Translations under genes and position numbers: made by a program
Shown here: piece after piece, positions 52,101 to 64,000 of the stretch
Position numbering within the stretch: position 1 is the stretch's first letter
Layout of the letters: every line of letters starts with the position of its first letter
Assembly (NCBI GenBank): GCA_964035545.1
Contig: OZ037765.1
Span: forward strand, 3,100,001-3,164,000
DNA from: Bugula neritina
Taxonomy: Eukaryota > Animalia > Bryozoa
Direction: 5' to 3'
Length of the DNA: 64,000 nucleotides
Notes under the pieces: model-generated
What the model was told of the DNA's origin: nothing
Database searches by the model: none
Seen by the model: the letters and a program-made list of their open reading frames with translations, nothing else

Positions 52101-55100
52101 ACCTGGTAAATACTATGCCCTTACCTGGTGAATACTATACCCTCACCTGATAAATATTATACCCTCACCTGGTAAAGAGCGAGATACTGAGAACTGCTTC
52201 CGGTGTCAAACTGAGCAAACGCTTCAACCAGCTCATAACTCAATAGTTTTGCCTTCTCAACCAAAGAGTAGGAGAGACTCAGCTGAAGGCCTTGTCCCAG
52301 TAACTCTAAAGTATATAATAGTTTAAATTAGTTACAAACACTCAAAGGTAAATTAGGATACTGGAATTAAAATACCGCTGAAATAATGAAAGTAATTTAC
52401 TTTCATTTCAGTAACTCTCTTCATAAATATATTCATATAAACTTAAATGGATCTGTTTGATGGTGCTACATTCAGCACACAATATTACATCTTTGCACAA
52501 AGAATAACTTAATATTTAAAGTAACAAAATAAGGGCAAAGGCTGACGTTATGAAAGCACATCCAATGAGACTTGAATATTACATAAGATTCAAGCATGCC
52601 TGCTTCCAGGTTTTGTTTATTGTAGAATATATTTTAGAAAATATGTTAGAAATAACAAAATGTTTGATAGGATAAAAGTTATGAAAACATTGAAAACCAT
52701 TTAAAACTGCAGACTACGGAGTTTTGTTGCCACACTGATCATAGTAAAACACAGGTTCAGTATTGCAGCTGCTCACCGGTAGCTTGAGCCAGCTGAGAGA
52801 GAGCCTCGCTTTCATTCTCATTGACTTGTGCCATTTCAGTAGCGATTCTCTGATAGTCCTTCGACTCGGTGTCCAGCTGATCCACTTCCTCCTTAGAATT
52901 TTCCGGAGAGTCTTCTGTTTCTTCTGCACTGGCCATCAACGTCTTCAGCAGCTGCGCCACCATCTGTGAGGGTAAGCAGATTGGAGGTCAATGATATTTA
53001 AACATATTTATATGAATACAGATTTGTATCCCACATAAAAGAGAAATTTATTATTGCATAGATCTCAAATGTAATTAAAACTAGATTTTCATAAACTGAA
53101 TATTTTATGAAATGATGAAATAAGAAACAAGCTAAATAAAAGTGTCATTTAACAAATTTTATACAATAAAACTGTAATGTTAGCCACATGGCATTAACAA
53201 GTGCTTTTACTTAGCAATATGGAATAAGTTGAAGTGGTTCTTTAAAATGGTTGAATATTCACCCTGAGAATGGAACTAACAACATACTTAGTGTTTAGTT
53301 TATTTTCATTGCAAGTCTGTCTCCAATATCAAATTATCAACATTGAACAATCATATTATAAGCCTACAAACCTCAGCGTTGACGGTCCAGCGATTAGGAG
53401 AGTCCATGTTGGTGTGGAGAGAGAGCAGCCTGAGGCACTTGCCTCCACAGTACAGGGCCTCAGTCTTGAGCAGAGGAATGCCAGAGCAGAGGTGGAAGCA
53501 GCCAGTAATCACTGAGAGAATCATTTGGGCTACAGACATAGTCAGGTTTCTCCAACTCATCTCAGACTCATTGAAGACGGGCGTCTGCCTGATAGCCTCC
53601 TCTACTACCTTTGTTAGAAATTAGGCTATATAGTAATACACAGTGCAACAGCAACTAAAATTACTCGTGACTCTACAATACAGTTCTAAACCGAGAAACA
53701 TAAAATATTTGTAAAATGATGTAAACATACAACTATATAGAAACAATTGGTGCAAAATTGTAAATTTAATTTAATTATTTCACACGCTGCTCTTATAAAA
53801 GCATAAAAGAAGTAAAAAATTTAAATCTATGAAAAGTTAGCTTACTTTCTGGACATGACCCTTCGTCTTTTCGTGATCATGGGCCGCCTTCTCCTCGTCC
53901 ACGTGACACTCGAGTATCTGAAGTAGGATCCCAGCTAAGGTTAGCTGAGTGTCCACATACTCCCTCTGTACAGGAAGACTGACTTTGGGCAGATCACAGG
54001 CTAACATGGAAGACATGGCCGCAAAGTTGAGTTCACCTGACACCTCACAAGCCTCTCTGATGATGTTATAAGCCTACAGAGTACAGAAGTAGGTGAGCTA
54101 TTTATGTCACCCCTATTTGTCTGGCCTTGTGAAATTGTAAATCTTAGTTTAAACTTACGGATTAAATATATCATGACATCATAGAGACATCATGACATCA
54201 CGGAGATATCATGACATCATATAGATATCATGCTCCAAGGCTAGCAATAATTCTGTATGATATACGGAAAAGTGTGTCTAATACAACCTAACTTTTACTA
54301 GCAGGAGTTGCATTACCTTGATGAGTAGCTCGTGTTTCATACTTGCATCATCGTGAGCCTGAGTGGCTATCTTACTCCAGGTCAAGGAAACATCTCTGTA
54401 CACTTCTACAGCTTCTCTATAACACTGATACTCCAACAGCTTGTCTCCTGCCTCCTTCCATTTCTATAGACAGATGAGACGAGTGAACCAGAGAGCCGAC
54501 GACTCTAAATGTATTACATATTATACACGCTGCGCACTCACTATTTACTACCAAACTAAATAACTCTGTATACTCACATCCAGTGAGTTGGTGATAGCCT
54601 TCAAATACCGAGGCTTCAAGATGACCTTGAAATGCTCCATGTGCATTAGTACCCGAGTCTTGGCCAGTCTGCAAAGTACAGGTGAGTTTTCAATAAAAAC
54701 ACATCAAATGACTTACTACTTTAAACATAGAATTGATGTACATAACCTTAAATTCTATTCATTTATGAAAAGACAAGGCAACAAATTTTGAAACAAATAT
54801 AATTTGCCTGCATCATTGAGAAAAAACCAAAAAGAAGTGAACCACTCTAACATGTGTCTAAATGAATATAGCAAGTGTATGAAAATTTTCCCTGATACTA
54901 TATGCTAATTACTGACACCATATATACTAGTTACTGATACTATATTATACTACTCACTGACACTATAAACTAGTCACTGACACTATACACTAGTCACTGA
55001 TACTATATACTAGTAGCAGTACGTACTTTGCCTCCAACATGCCCATAATATATCCGTTAGTAGAGATTTCTGCTGGTCTCTTCTGAAACACCTCCTTCAG

Positions 55101-58100
55101 CATGTTGAGAGAATCTACGCAGGTGTTGGATGCCTTCTGCATGTGCATTCTCAGACTAGTGTCCTCCCTCTGGCAGTCCGATATCAGACTACACGTCTTG
55201 TACCAGTACGTCTCGTCAGCGCTGCCGATCAGCGAGTGAGACTCCAGTATCATCTTGATAGCCTGAGCGTACTGACTCTCCTGTAGTGAAGGACGTATAC
55301 TCAGACTATGTGCTTACTCAACACTACTAAATGTTCTAGTCATGTGACTTTAAGTACAGAGAGTGTTGAAATTAAAAAATATATATAATTTTCAGATACA
55401 AATATTGATTTCATCCGCATATCTGTAAGTCGTTATTAAATTAATTCAGTTATAAATAACGTATTTATTGTATTCAAATAATTGATTTCGTGCATTGCTT
55501 GTTTTTTATAAAAATAAATGCATGCTTTTATGCATTGAAAAAATAAATGCATCAAAATATGCATTTATTTATTGCATGTAAATAATTCAATCATTTTATT
55601 TATAAATAATTGCATTTAAAAATAAAATGCATGTTATTGATTTTAAATTCTCCTAAAAATTTAAGTAAAAAATTTTTCAGAAATTAAATTTAATTAGTCT
55701 CACAATTAATTTTAGATTCATATAGCAAAATGAAATTGATTACCTTGTAAGCCAGTTGAGCCAACAAATATAGTATCTCCCCTTGTAGTATAGACTCATC
55801 AAATTCCTTAGCAGACGTGTGGGCTGCATATAGATATTGACGGGCTGCTTGGTTCAGTCCCTGCAAGTAAAGGTTGACTGCTTATGACACCAAGTCATCT
55901 GGCTTTGCAACGTAATAGTTTGAATCTTTAAAATGAAGCTCTGGACAAATTTTTTTTAACAACCGGAAATATACTTTACGGTCAGTAAATGAATAAACTG
56001 AAACTGCTTGTATTATATAGCAAATGACACAATTACATAACATTTAATTTGGCTGATGGCTGTTAAATTTGTATGAAAATAAACAACCAATGCCACTGTC
56101 AGGCTAGTAAATGTAATCATAAAACTAAAGCATCCTATATCAACGCCGAAAAACTTACCAAACGAATCAAAACCTTGGCTGTGTTTGTCCATATTTGCCT
56201 AAGATTAACTGAGCTCAGTTTCTGTCCCAGGTGAGGTGTACTATTAGACTCCTCTTCCTACAGATTATAAACATAAAATGAGAGATAAGGCTACAGACAT
56301 GGATAGGAAATATGTTCATAAATATAGGAAATTTTTGTTTACTCACCAATTTTTAACAAAGAAGTGATAGTTAAGCTTAAAATTCATTGCAATATTTAAA
56401 TACAGATCCCATGGCAATAAAATCTCAACAGTTAGAAGTATATTCATTATACGCTAATCTAACATGCTAGAAATCTAATTTCGATATCCATGAAGCAGGA
56501 TAACACTAGTTATCTTTTCTTTGTTAAACTCCTCTTTAATTCTTACTGGTTCTCTCCCCACTGCCCGCCAGTGTGTGTTTAATCCTACAGACAGCTCTTG
56601 TACAACACCATGCCCTGTTCCCATCTCTTATTAATGATACGTTTTCTAGGTGCATCCTAACTACTTCTACATGTTCTGTCAGTGCATATCAGTTCTAACT
56701 TTCTTTTTCAATACTTTCTTGTATTATGATTTCGTTTACCCTCTTTATATAAGTCTGCTCTTCTTATCCCCAACTTGTACACTCCCTGCATCAACACACC
56801 CCTCAAAACCCCATTCCTACAACCTCTCCCCCTCCTGATACTCTCCACCCTCACCTTCTTAGGAGTGGCCAGCTGTGCAGGCAGAGTCCCGTCATTAGCC
56901 ACCTTCTCAGCATCCAGGAACTCCTTCAACGAGTCCTGTATTCTCTTTTCTTCTTGCTCAACCTGAGAACAAATCAGATGTTAGGCAATTCACCACAAAC
57001 TTTATAACTCCTAATTCATGAGTTTGAGTGAGCTCCATTACTTTTAAAAATATTTAAATTATGAGCTGTTCTTGCATAACACAGAACCAGCACCTGACTG
57101 GAAAAACGCAATAGTATTCATAGCACAACTGGCGGTATATGTCTACCACACAGTTCGTCTAACAGGGTGTGTATAACGGGTAAAATAATATAATTGTGAG
57201 TTTGTATGCTGCTAATTATTGCAACTGCTTCGTAATTACTTCAGCATGAGAGAGAGTATTAAGTAAGTGTAAAGATGAGTCATATTTTGCTGAAAAACCT
57301 TACAATTTAAAAAATTGAAATTAAAACAATAAATGGACATATATAGGTATTTTTTTCACTAAATTTATCATCTGCAATCACATCTCAGGTTTAAAATAAT
57401 TTCATGAGTAAATAAACTAAAAAAACAACAGTAAGTACAGACATAAGTACCGTGGACCAGGTACCCTGGACAAGGTTAATGGACCAGGTACCCTGGACCA
57501 GGTACCCTGGACCTCATTCTATGCTATAGACCAGTATTAGACGTATTTTAGTAACCTGGTACTGTTTCTCCTTGAAGACAGCCATACTGATGTAGGAAGA
57601 GGCCAAGTCTACTTCCACTGGTACAATTTGGTTGACCAGCTTCTCATGGAACTTCACACCGTCTAGTAGGTTCAACTCTAGACACACCTCTATTGACCTA
57701 CAATATCACATTCCAACAATAAATAATATACTATATTAATAATGTCACTGAGCATGTGCATAAGAAACAGGAAACAGTAATATTAACCTAATGAAGGATT
57801 AAACAAGATACGAGTTGCAATGCATTTACACTGTATTTACTTACATAAATTGAATTTCAAAACGTGTTTTCATGTCTATGATATGTAATAAATCAATAAA
57901 TCTATCAATAAATAAATTATAAATATATTAATCAATCAATGTTCTCGAAGCACTAAAGTTCTGCTGCTAGTGCACAGCACACAGAATATGGTAACTTACT
58001 GCAGGTGAATGAGAATGTTGTATGCGTGACTCTTAGCCAATGATCTGGTCAGCAAATCTTCGAAGGCGAGTACCGGAAGACACAAGTGATTGTAGCCACA

Positions 58101-61100
58101 ACTCCTCAACATAGTCACTAACTTGTCTAGCAGGTAGAGAAGGAGACTCTGTAGGCACAGGAAACACTTGATGAGTCATGACAGAGTGGCAAGCTGCACG
58201 CAAAACTATGTATACCTTGTGAAGGGTTTGTTCACCATTATAGAGAGTAAACAGCTGTAAAAACTTTGCTTCAAAATCATAAAATAAGAATTAAAAAATA
58301 ACTTGATAAACAATAATTTTAAAGTCTGAAAATTACATAATATAACACTGTATATACCGTTTTTATTTAACAGAATTGTAAATATGGTGAAAGTTAACTT
58401 TCAGTACATGAAACTTGTTACTGATTATTTGATAATAGGGTCAACTTAAATGTTGTCCAATTAAAGACCATTCACTTACGGGTTTTGTTATTGTGGAGTC
58501 ATTCACGGCAGCCCGTCTCAGTAGAGCATTCCCAGAAGCCCCCACCACTTCCTCCGGAGCGTCGTAGGCACTCCACTCCTCCACTGACTGAGGTAGGTGG
58601 TCAACGGGGCCTTTTCTCTTTGGTCTTTCTTTCGTTGGCTGAAATGAGTAAGAAGCTGGTAGAAGGAAACTTACTGTAGTGAGAGCCCTGCTATCCTGCT
58701 AATCATATTATTCAGAACAAATACATAACAAAGCTTTAGATTCCCAGTTACGCTGAAGAATTGCACCAACTTTACGTAGACCTGTAACAGAATATTTAAG
58801 AAAAGTTTATAGTTCTTGCTACACTAAAAGATTTAACTACCACAAAGCTAATTCTGATAGCATAACACGTAAATAAATAACCAAACAAAACTAGAAAAGC
58901 TGAAACAGTAGGAAAAACTAAACGTTAATTTAGAACAAGAAACAAGATTATATAGAACCAAGTAGACACCTCGCGTTTGGTCAGAGCAGCCTTTTTCTTT
59001 GCACGCTAAAACATTGCCACATGATTTAAGTTGAAAAAAATTCCAAAAAATATGGGACAATTAAACAAATAATAAAAACAAAAGATAAGGTATGAAAACT
59101 CTGAAAATAAAAAATAATTTAACACTAAATGATATTATCTTTTTGCAGAAACCGTAAAATAAGAAAACTAGAAGTAGTAAATACTGCCCACTTAGTAGAC
59201 AATCATAGAATAAGTTTCCCCAAGAGAGAAAAAAAAACCTACTTTTATATAGGACACAATACACATTATCTGCTCAGTTACATCTACAAGAAAGTTGAAT
59301 TCTACTAAACATACTGCTGCTGCCTCTTTCTCCTTCCCCTTTCCTTTCTTGGCTGACTTTCCAGACTCGGCCGCTGCCGCCGCTTGCTTAGCAATCTCTT
59401 TGATAGCTGGACCCACAGTGGACAGCAACAACTGAACATGTGAAAGACAAAGGGTCAGTAGGTTATGATAATATCAGAAACATGAGTCGCTAGTGGATAG
59501 CACCTTCTCTCTTCATGTCTCAGCCATAGAATGAAAAATTAGTATTTATTGCAAAAAATTACTTAAATGATTTTTCAGGTTTATTTTTTGTAATTACAAA
59601 AGCCATCAAATTCAAAACTTTTATATTTATTATTAGTTTGTTGCCAAATAAATGTTGTATGAGGGTGATTAGGTTGTTGTATGGAAAGTTTCCACTCACC
59701 TGCCACATGCGGTTAATGTAGCCATAAGCTGTGAAGCAGTAATTGGTGTAGTCTGAATGACCTTGACCGGCTATGGAAGCAGCCATGACACTGATCCTTG
59801 ACAAGTACTCAAGTTGCTTCATGTCAGTTAAATCGGTTATTTTAAGATCTTCTGCTTCAATCTTCAAACCTGTGTGATGAGTTATGGAAGTTGAAGAGTA
59901 AAGGAGTCACTGAATGCATGACTCATGAGAAATGAGTCACAATCAGCAATTAAAAGTGCAGATGAATTATAAGCACGGCTTCAAGTTTTCATTATTGAAT
60001 AAAGTATTGGATGCTTTGCTTAAAGGAAATAGCTAGAAAAGATTGTGGACACATATTTAGTAAAATATATAGCAAGAAAGAATAGAGACGCAGAAGAATC
60101 AGATAGCATCATCTCATTGGTCAACTCCCAATAAACCCTTCCCTAGAAAAAAGAAACATGGACGTAGATGTCATATCAGGGAGAATGAAAGAGAAATCAG
60201 AAACTAAGAAAAGCGCATGCAGTGTAGACAAACTCAAAGTTCTAGCAGATTGTAAGTTGAAGAAAATGCAGAAGTTCAACATTCAGTTTGTATACCAAAC
60301 AAGACTGGAGTCTCCTCTACTTTGGGATAAAATTGACGGGCAGGTTTAACAAGATCTTCAACTAAAAGAAGGTCATACTATGTTATTACTAGATTAGGCG
60401 GAATTGAAGGAAATCTCATCTTAGTATTTGTAAACCTAAAACTGTTAATTACAACACAAATATAACATGGCACTGCAGGTACATTTTAAAGCAAATTTTA
60501 CCTACGAACTACGTATTACCTCGAACTATATATTAGTTGCTAACTGAATTACAAGGGTTAGTAAGTGTTTAGTTGCAACATTATTAATATATGAACAAAC
60601 GGAAAGCACATAACATCTAACATATTATCTGTGAATTTAAATCAAAGCCAATTTGCAATAATTATCTAAATATGCCCATTCTTCAAGAAGTAATTTTCTC
60701 TAAACTTTCTTGTAAAAGCACTACACAAATATTAAAATTTACATATTTTTTCTAATTTTAGAAGACATGCATGCAGAATCATGTAGAAAAATTAGCTATC
60801 ACAGATGTACAGAGTGTACACAATATAAAACAGTAAACCAGATCATATGTTCATATTATTCATTACAAAGTGGACAACTCCTCATAAAATAAAGGTATGT
60901 TATTATAATCATTGTTAAGCCTATACTTGGTTTCAGTGAAAATTATTTGGTATTTCAAAGTTCAAACAAATAATTTATAAACTTCCTGATGCAACAGTGC
61001 AGCCTTATAGTCACTGCTGGAAGATAGTAGTTTAGTAACCAAGTCATGTAAGTATATCATAGCAAACCAGAATAACCCTCAGACAGACACAAGTAACCAC

Positions 61101-63995
61101 GGTACTAGTTGAATGTAGGTTACAAATAGCCTACTAATCCTAAGTCAGTCAACCATATTTACAGAGAGGCAGGATTACCCCCCCCTCTAGTCTCACCTAT
61201 TACTGCCTTCTTCTCCACGGGTATATAATCTTCTTCATTGATCTCTAGAGCCTCAGAGTCATCTTCTTTCTTTACGGACTTCTGGCGGCTCGAAGCTTTA
61301 CTGGCCGCTCCGTCTCGTTTACTCTCGGGTGTCTTAGTCCCCTTCTTAGCACCTAGTAATATACATTTAGAAGTTGTGTCACCTTGCTCTTTATACTCAG
61401 CACGATTCTAATTCCATTTGATAAAATCAAACAAGTAACTACTGAAAAATATATTTTAAAAATAATTTAGTTTGAGCGATTCAAGTTCAAATATTAGTCA
61501 CCTAGTCCATTGCATCAGATTGACTTAGTGCAAGTAGCAGGGAGTTATGTGCACCATAAATATATATATTATAGCTAAAAAAGCAAACATGATTCTAATG
61601 CATTACAGATAATATCCTAATGATACAGGTCTTTTACTTTCCTGTACAAAAAATAATTTACTGCTGGATAGCGATAAGCATTAGCGAAGACATTCATGGA
61701 CACCAGAATGCGATCGTCTCTGGCAAAATAAATTCTGTGAGATCGAATGGCAAACTCAACTACGTTTTTGTTAAATATTTACATTTCCTTAAAAATGCAT
61801 AGAAAATATTATTATTACGTAATACAGAGTTTTGCAGAGGAGTTAATTAAACCTGCCATAAAGTGATGTAAAGAAAAATCTTCAAGCTCTCCACTAATAG
61901 GTAAATATGCAAAGTATGAAAACCCACAACTATTAAATAACTCTCAGCCAATAATGAATATTAAACTTTATAGGAACATTGACTCTATTCAGCCTATCCT
62001 TTGCCTCTATTCAAATACATCACAAACTGTCAACCAACCAACCTTTCTTATCATCTTTCTCAGCCTTTTTATCTTCCTTTTTATCAGTTGTCTTCTCATC
62101 TTTCTTTTCCTCTTTCCCCTTCTTTGGTTCCTCTTTCTTTTTCTTAGGTGCCGCGGGTGCAATAGCTCCTTTCTGCCCTTTCTTAGCACCCCGTTTGTCG
62201 CCTTTTGTACCTTCAACAGACACGAGTAACATGATGACAATATGATAAATACTGCTCACAAGAGAGAACGCAACTCCTTAACTTAAAAGTCAATATTTCA
62301 GACTCACTAAGTATATATTAACATTACATTATATCTGTTTTAATATTTAAATACAACAATTCCCAGACTTTCTCAACTGTCACTACTGTTAATTTGACAC
62401 AGAAAGTCAACTTTGTAAACAGGAAACACCCAAGCTCTTACCCGGTCTGGAATCAGCAGCAGTTCTCATATTAAGTAAGAGATCACTGGCCCACTCCAAG
62501 ATGTCTAGAGTGTCATCTAATGGGAAGTCATTTACTTTCAGCCACTGAGCGTACTCTATCAGATAGTCAACTCTCTGATACACGCCTTCTGTTTTCTACA
62601 AAAATTAACTAGAAAGTAAACATATCTGGTAAGAAATAACTATAAACAAATATGACTCAAGTAAATTCATCAGAAATTTTTATAACTAAATGAAACTGTG
62701 GAACTACTTTATTAACTTAGTCAATTTCATCATTTTTTATTCATCTCCGCTAAAAGAAAAGCTTCACAAAATAACACAAACATATCTATTTACAACCAGG
62801 ATTACGATTCCATGAACTGAAATCTTATAGTCAAAACTCAAAACTGTGACAAAAAATTGTTTGAATAATTGGGACAGACCATAAGAGCTTCGATAGCATT
62901 CTGGTAGCAGGTGAGCTGGTCACCACTCTCCTTGGAGAAAAGCGCCAGTTTGTGCCACATGGCCGAGAACTGAGCCTCACTTTCATTCCGGAACTTCTGA
63001 ATATCCAATGAGACGTTGTGACCGAGTTTAGCCTTCACCATCACACGGTGTTTAAACAGCAATCTGCAGAAATATAAAGAGTAATCTAGAGAAATTTGCA
63101 ACTAGGAACAATCTACAGGAATGTAAAGACAAATCTGCAGAAATGTGAAGAGATTCAACAAATAGAGACAAACAGGTTGCAGATAAACCTTCAGAATTAG
63201 TAAAAAAATTTCCATTTCCATTGAGACAAAGCATCTGACTTTCTTTAGGAAAAAATCTTCTGTTTGAATAAAAATCACACATGATTAGCATTTGTACACC
63301 ACAAGTGGGTACATCCAATTCTGATCTTGAAGAAGGGCCAAAAAACAAGTTTTGATATGTCAAACAGTACATAGTTGAGGGCGTGCAATCTCTCACTCTA
63401 TGTTGGCTGCATATTATGTTATTACTGCACACACCACATCCTTTAATTACGACTTGAATCAATGCAAAGTCACAATGTTTGTAAAAACAAGTTTTTTGTT
63501 GTTAAACCTTCTTCAATATATCATTAGTAATAGGATATATGTGCAAACACAGTGGTTATTACTTATAATAGATATCACAAAATTACAAACTCTTTCCTTT
63601 TAAGAAATTGTTGGAAACCCTTTTGGGCCGCACAAACACATATAATGTGCTTTGATATAACTTCAGCTAGAAATCCTGCCACACACCAACTCAGAATTAT
63701 TAATAAAACTAATAAGCATTTGCCAAGCCGACACACACACTCACAGTCTGTGTTTAGTCCTCGGCATGGAGGTGATGGCCGTATCCATCAGCTTCAGACC
63801 TTCCTGCCAGTCCTGGTTGTCAGCATACACCTGGAACAGAACTCCATACATGGCGGCCTGGAGGGCAAGGTCATCTTCGCTCTCGTTGTAAGGTTTATTT
63901 GATGAGGTGAGAGCGGGAGTGTCACCGGCCCCGGCCTCACTGCTGGCCGCTGGGACAGGAGACTCGGCTAATGGTTGTTCATCTTCTTCAGCTTT
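43113..63995 (-). CDS. CFAP46: Cilia- and flagella-associated protein 46 (TTC40), 3' portion, about 34 exons; the 5' end lies beyond the window
   Basis: Many short GT-AG exons encoding helical/TPR-like segments and K/E-rich linkers. C-terminal motifs recalled from CFAP46: VLLADCQLLELPLEAL...TRDLSLQM (~47692-47906), FFFYGFEHLLSYL (~46042-46237), LSLAGVKCVVANQW (~45276-45413), YNMVTYGLPNL, with the stop at 43115-43113. Not every exon boundary was verified. Confidence 0.85.
45672..45875 (+). mobile_element. tRNA-derived SINE (degenerate) in a CFAP46 intron
   Basis: tRNA-like head with degenerate A box (tgatgtcggggttaga) and B box gggttcaagccc (45724-45735), then a ggtgatgttaggaaaagcatccagtc core of a type I recall from animal SINEs. 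It interrupts a tatattatagagag low-complexity tract. Confidence 0.65.
51085..51160 (-). repeat. 32-bp-period triplication of a CFAP46 splice-donor junction
   Basis: attacctgcaag occurs at 51085, 51117 and 51149; the last copy is the exon's real donor. Confidence 0.85.
52051..52176 (-). repeat. ~22-bp minisatellite (6 units) containing a CFAP46 splice donor
   Basis: Unit taccct(c/t)acctggt(g/a)aatacta; the last unit holds the true donor CAG|gtgagg at 52169/52168. Confidence 0.92.
54167..54232. repeat. 20-bp minisatellite (agatatcatgacatca-like), about 3 units
   Basis: Direct tandem copies of atcatgacatca in a CFAP46 intron. Confidence 0.85.
54892..55014. repeat. ~21-bp minisatellite (ctgacactatatactagtca-like), about 6 units
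   Basis: Tandem copies immediately on the intron side of the donor at ~55025. Confidence 0.85.
57447..57513. repeat. 14-bp GC-rich minisatellite (tggaccaggtaccc), about 4.5 units
   Basis: Direct tandem copies; each contains the quasi-palindrome ccagg-tac-cctgg. Confidence 0.88.
63061..63150 (-). repeat. Degenerate repeat of a CFAP46 splice-acceptor junction
   Basis: aatctgcagaaat and variants at 63061, 63083, 63110 and 63132; the first copy is the acceptor of the RLLFKHRV exon. Confidence 0.7.
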
Positions 63996-64000
63996 CTGCA

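Noticed and set aside
52051-52176. CRISPR-like array
   Set aside because: The units are contiguous with no unique spacers, there are no cas genes, and the context is a eukaryotic intron.
55430-55640. AT-rich atgcat/aaataaat inverted-repeat patch as a MITE
   Set aside because: The symmetry is short and expected in very AT-rich DNA, and I could not define clear termini.

Overview
AT-rich, intron-containing animal genomic DNA (invertebrate, probably lophotrochozoan; the taxon is inferred, not shown). I assembled six spliced genes by hand from splice sites with consistent phases. (1,2) A convergent pair of paralogous immunoglobulin-superfamily membrane proteins: a short one-Ig gene on + (596-2833) and a 12-exon three-Ig receptor with a tyrosine-rich tail on - (17612-3878). 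(3) An SLC16/MCT-family MFS transporter on -. (4) A GTSF1/Asterix piRNA-pathway CHHC zinc-finger gene on +, with a C-terminal extension resembling the PYM/eIF2A ribosome-binding hairpin. (5) An NWD1/NWD2-like NACHT-WD40 STAND protein on -, ending in a CaaX box. (6) The 3' part of CFAP46 on -, running off the right edge. Introns and intergenic DNA carry MITE-like hairpins, a tRNA-derived SINE and several minisatellites, some built from splice junctions. The best novelty candidates are the GTSF1 extension and the paired Ig receptors. All family assignments are from recalled motifs; no searches were run.
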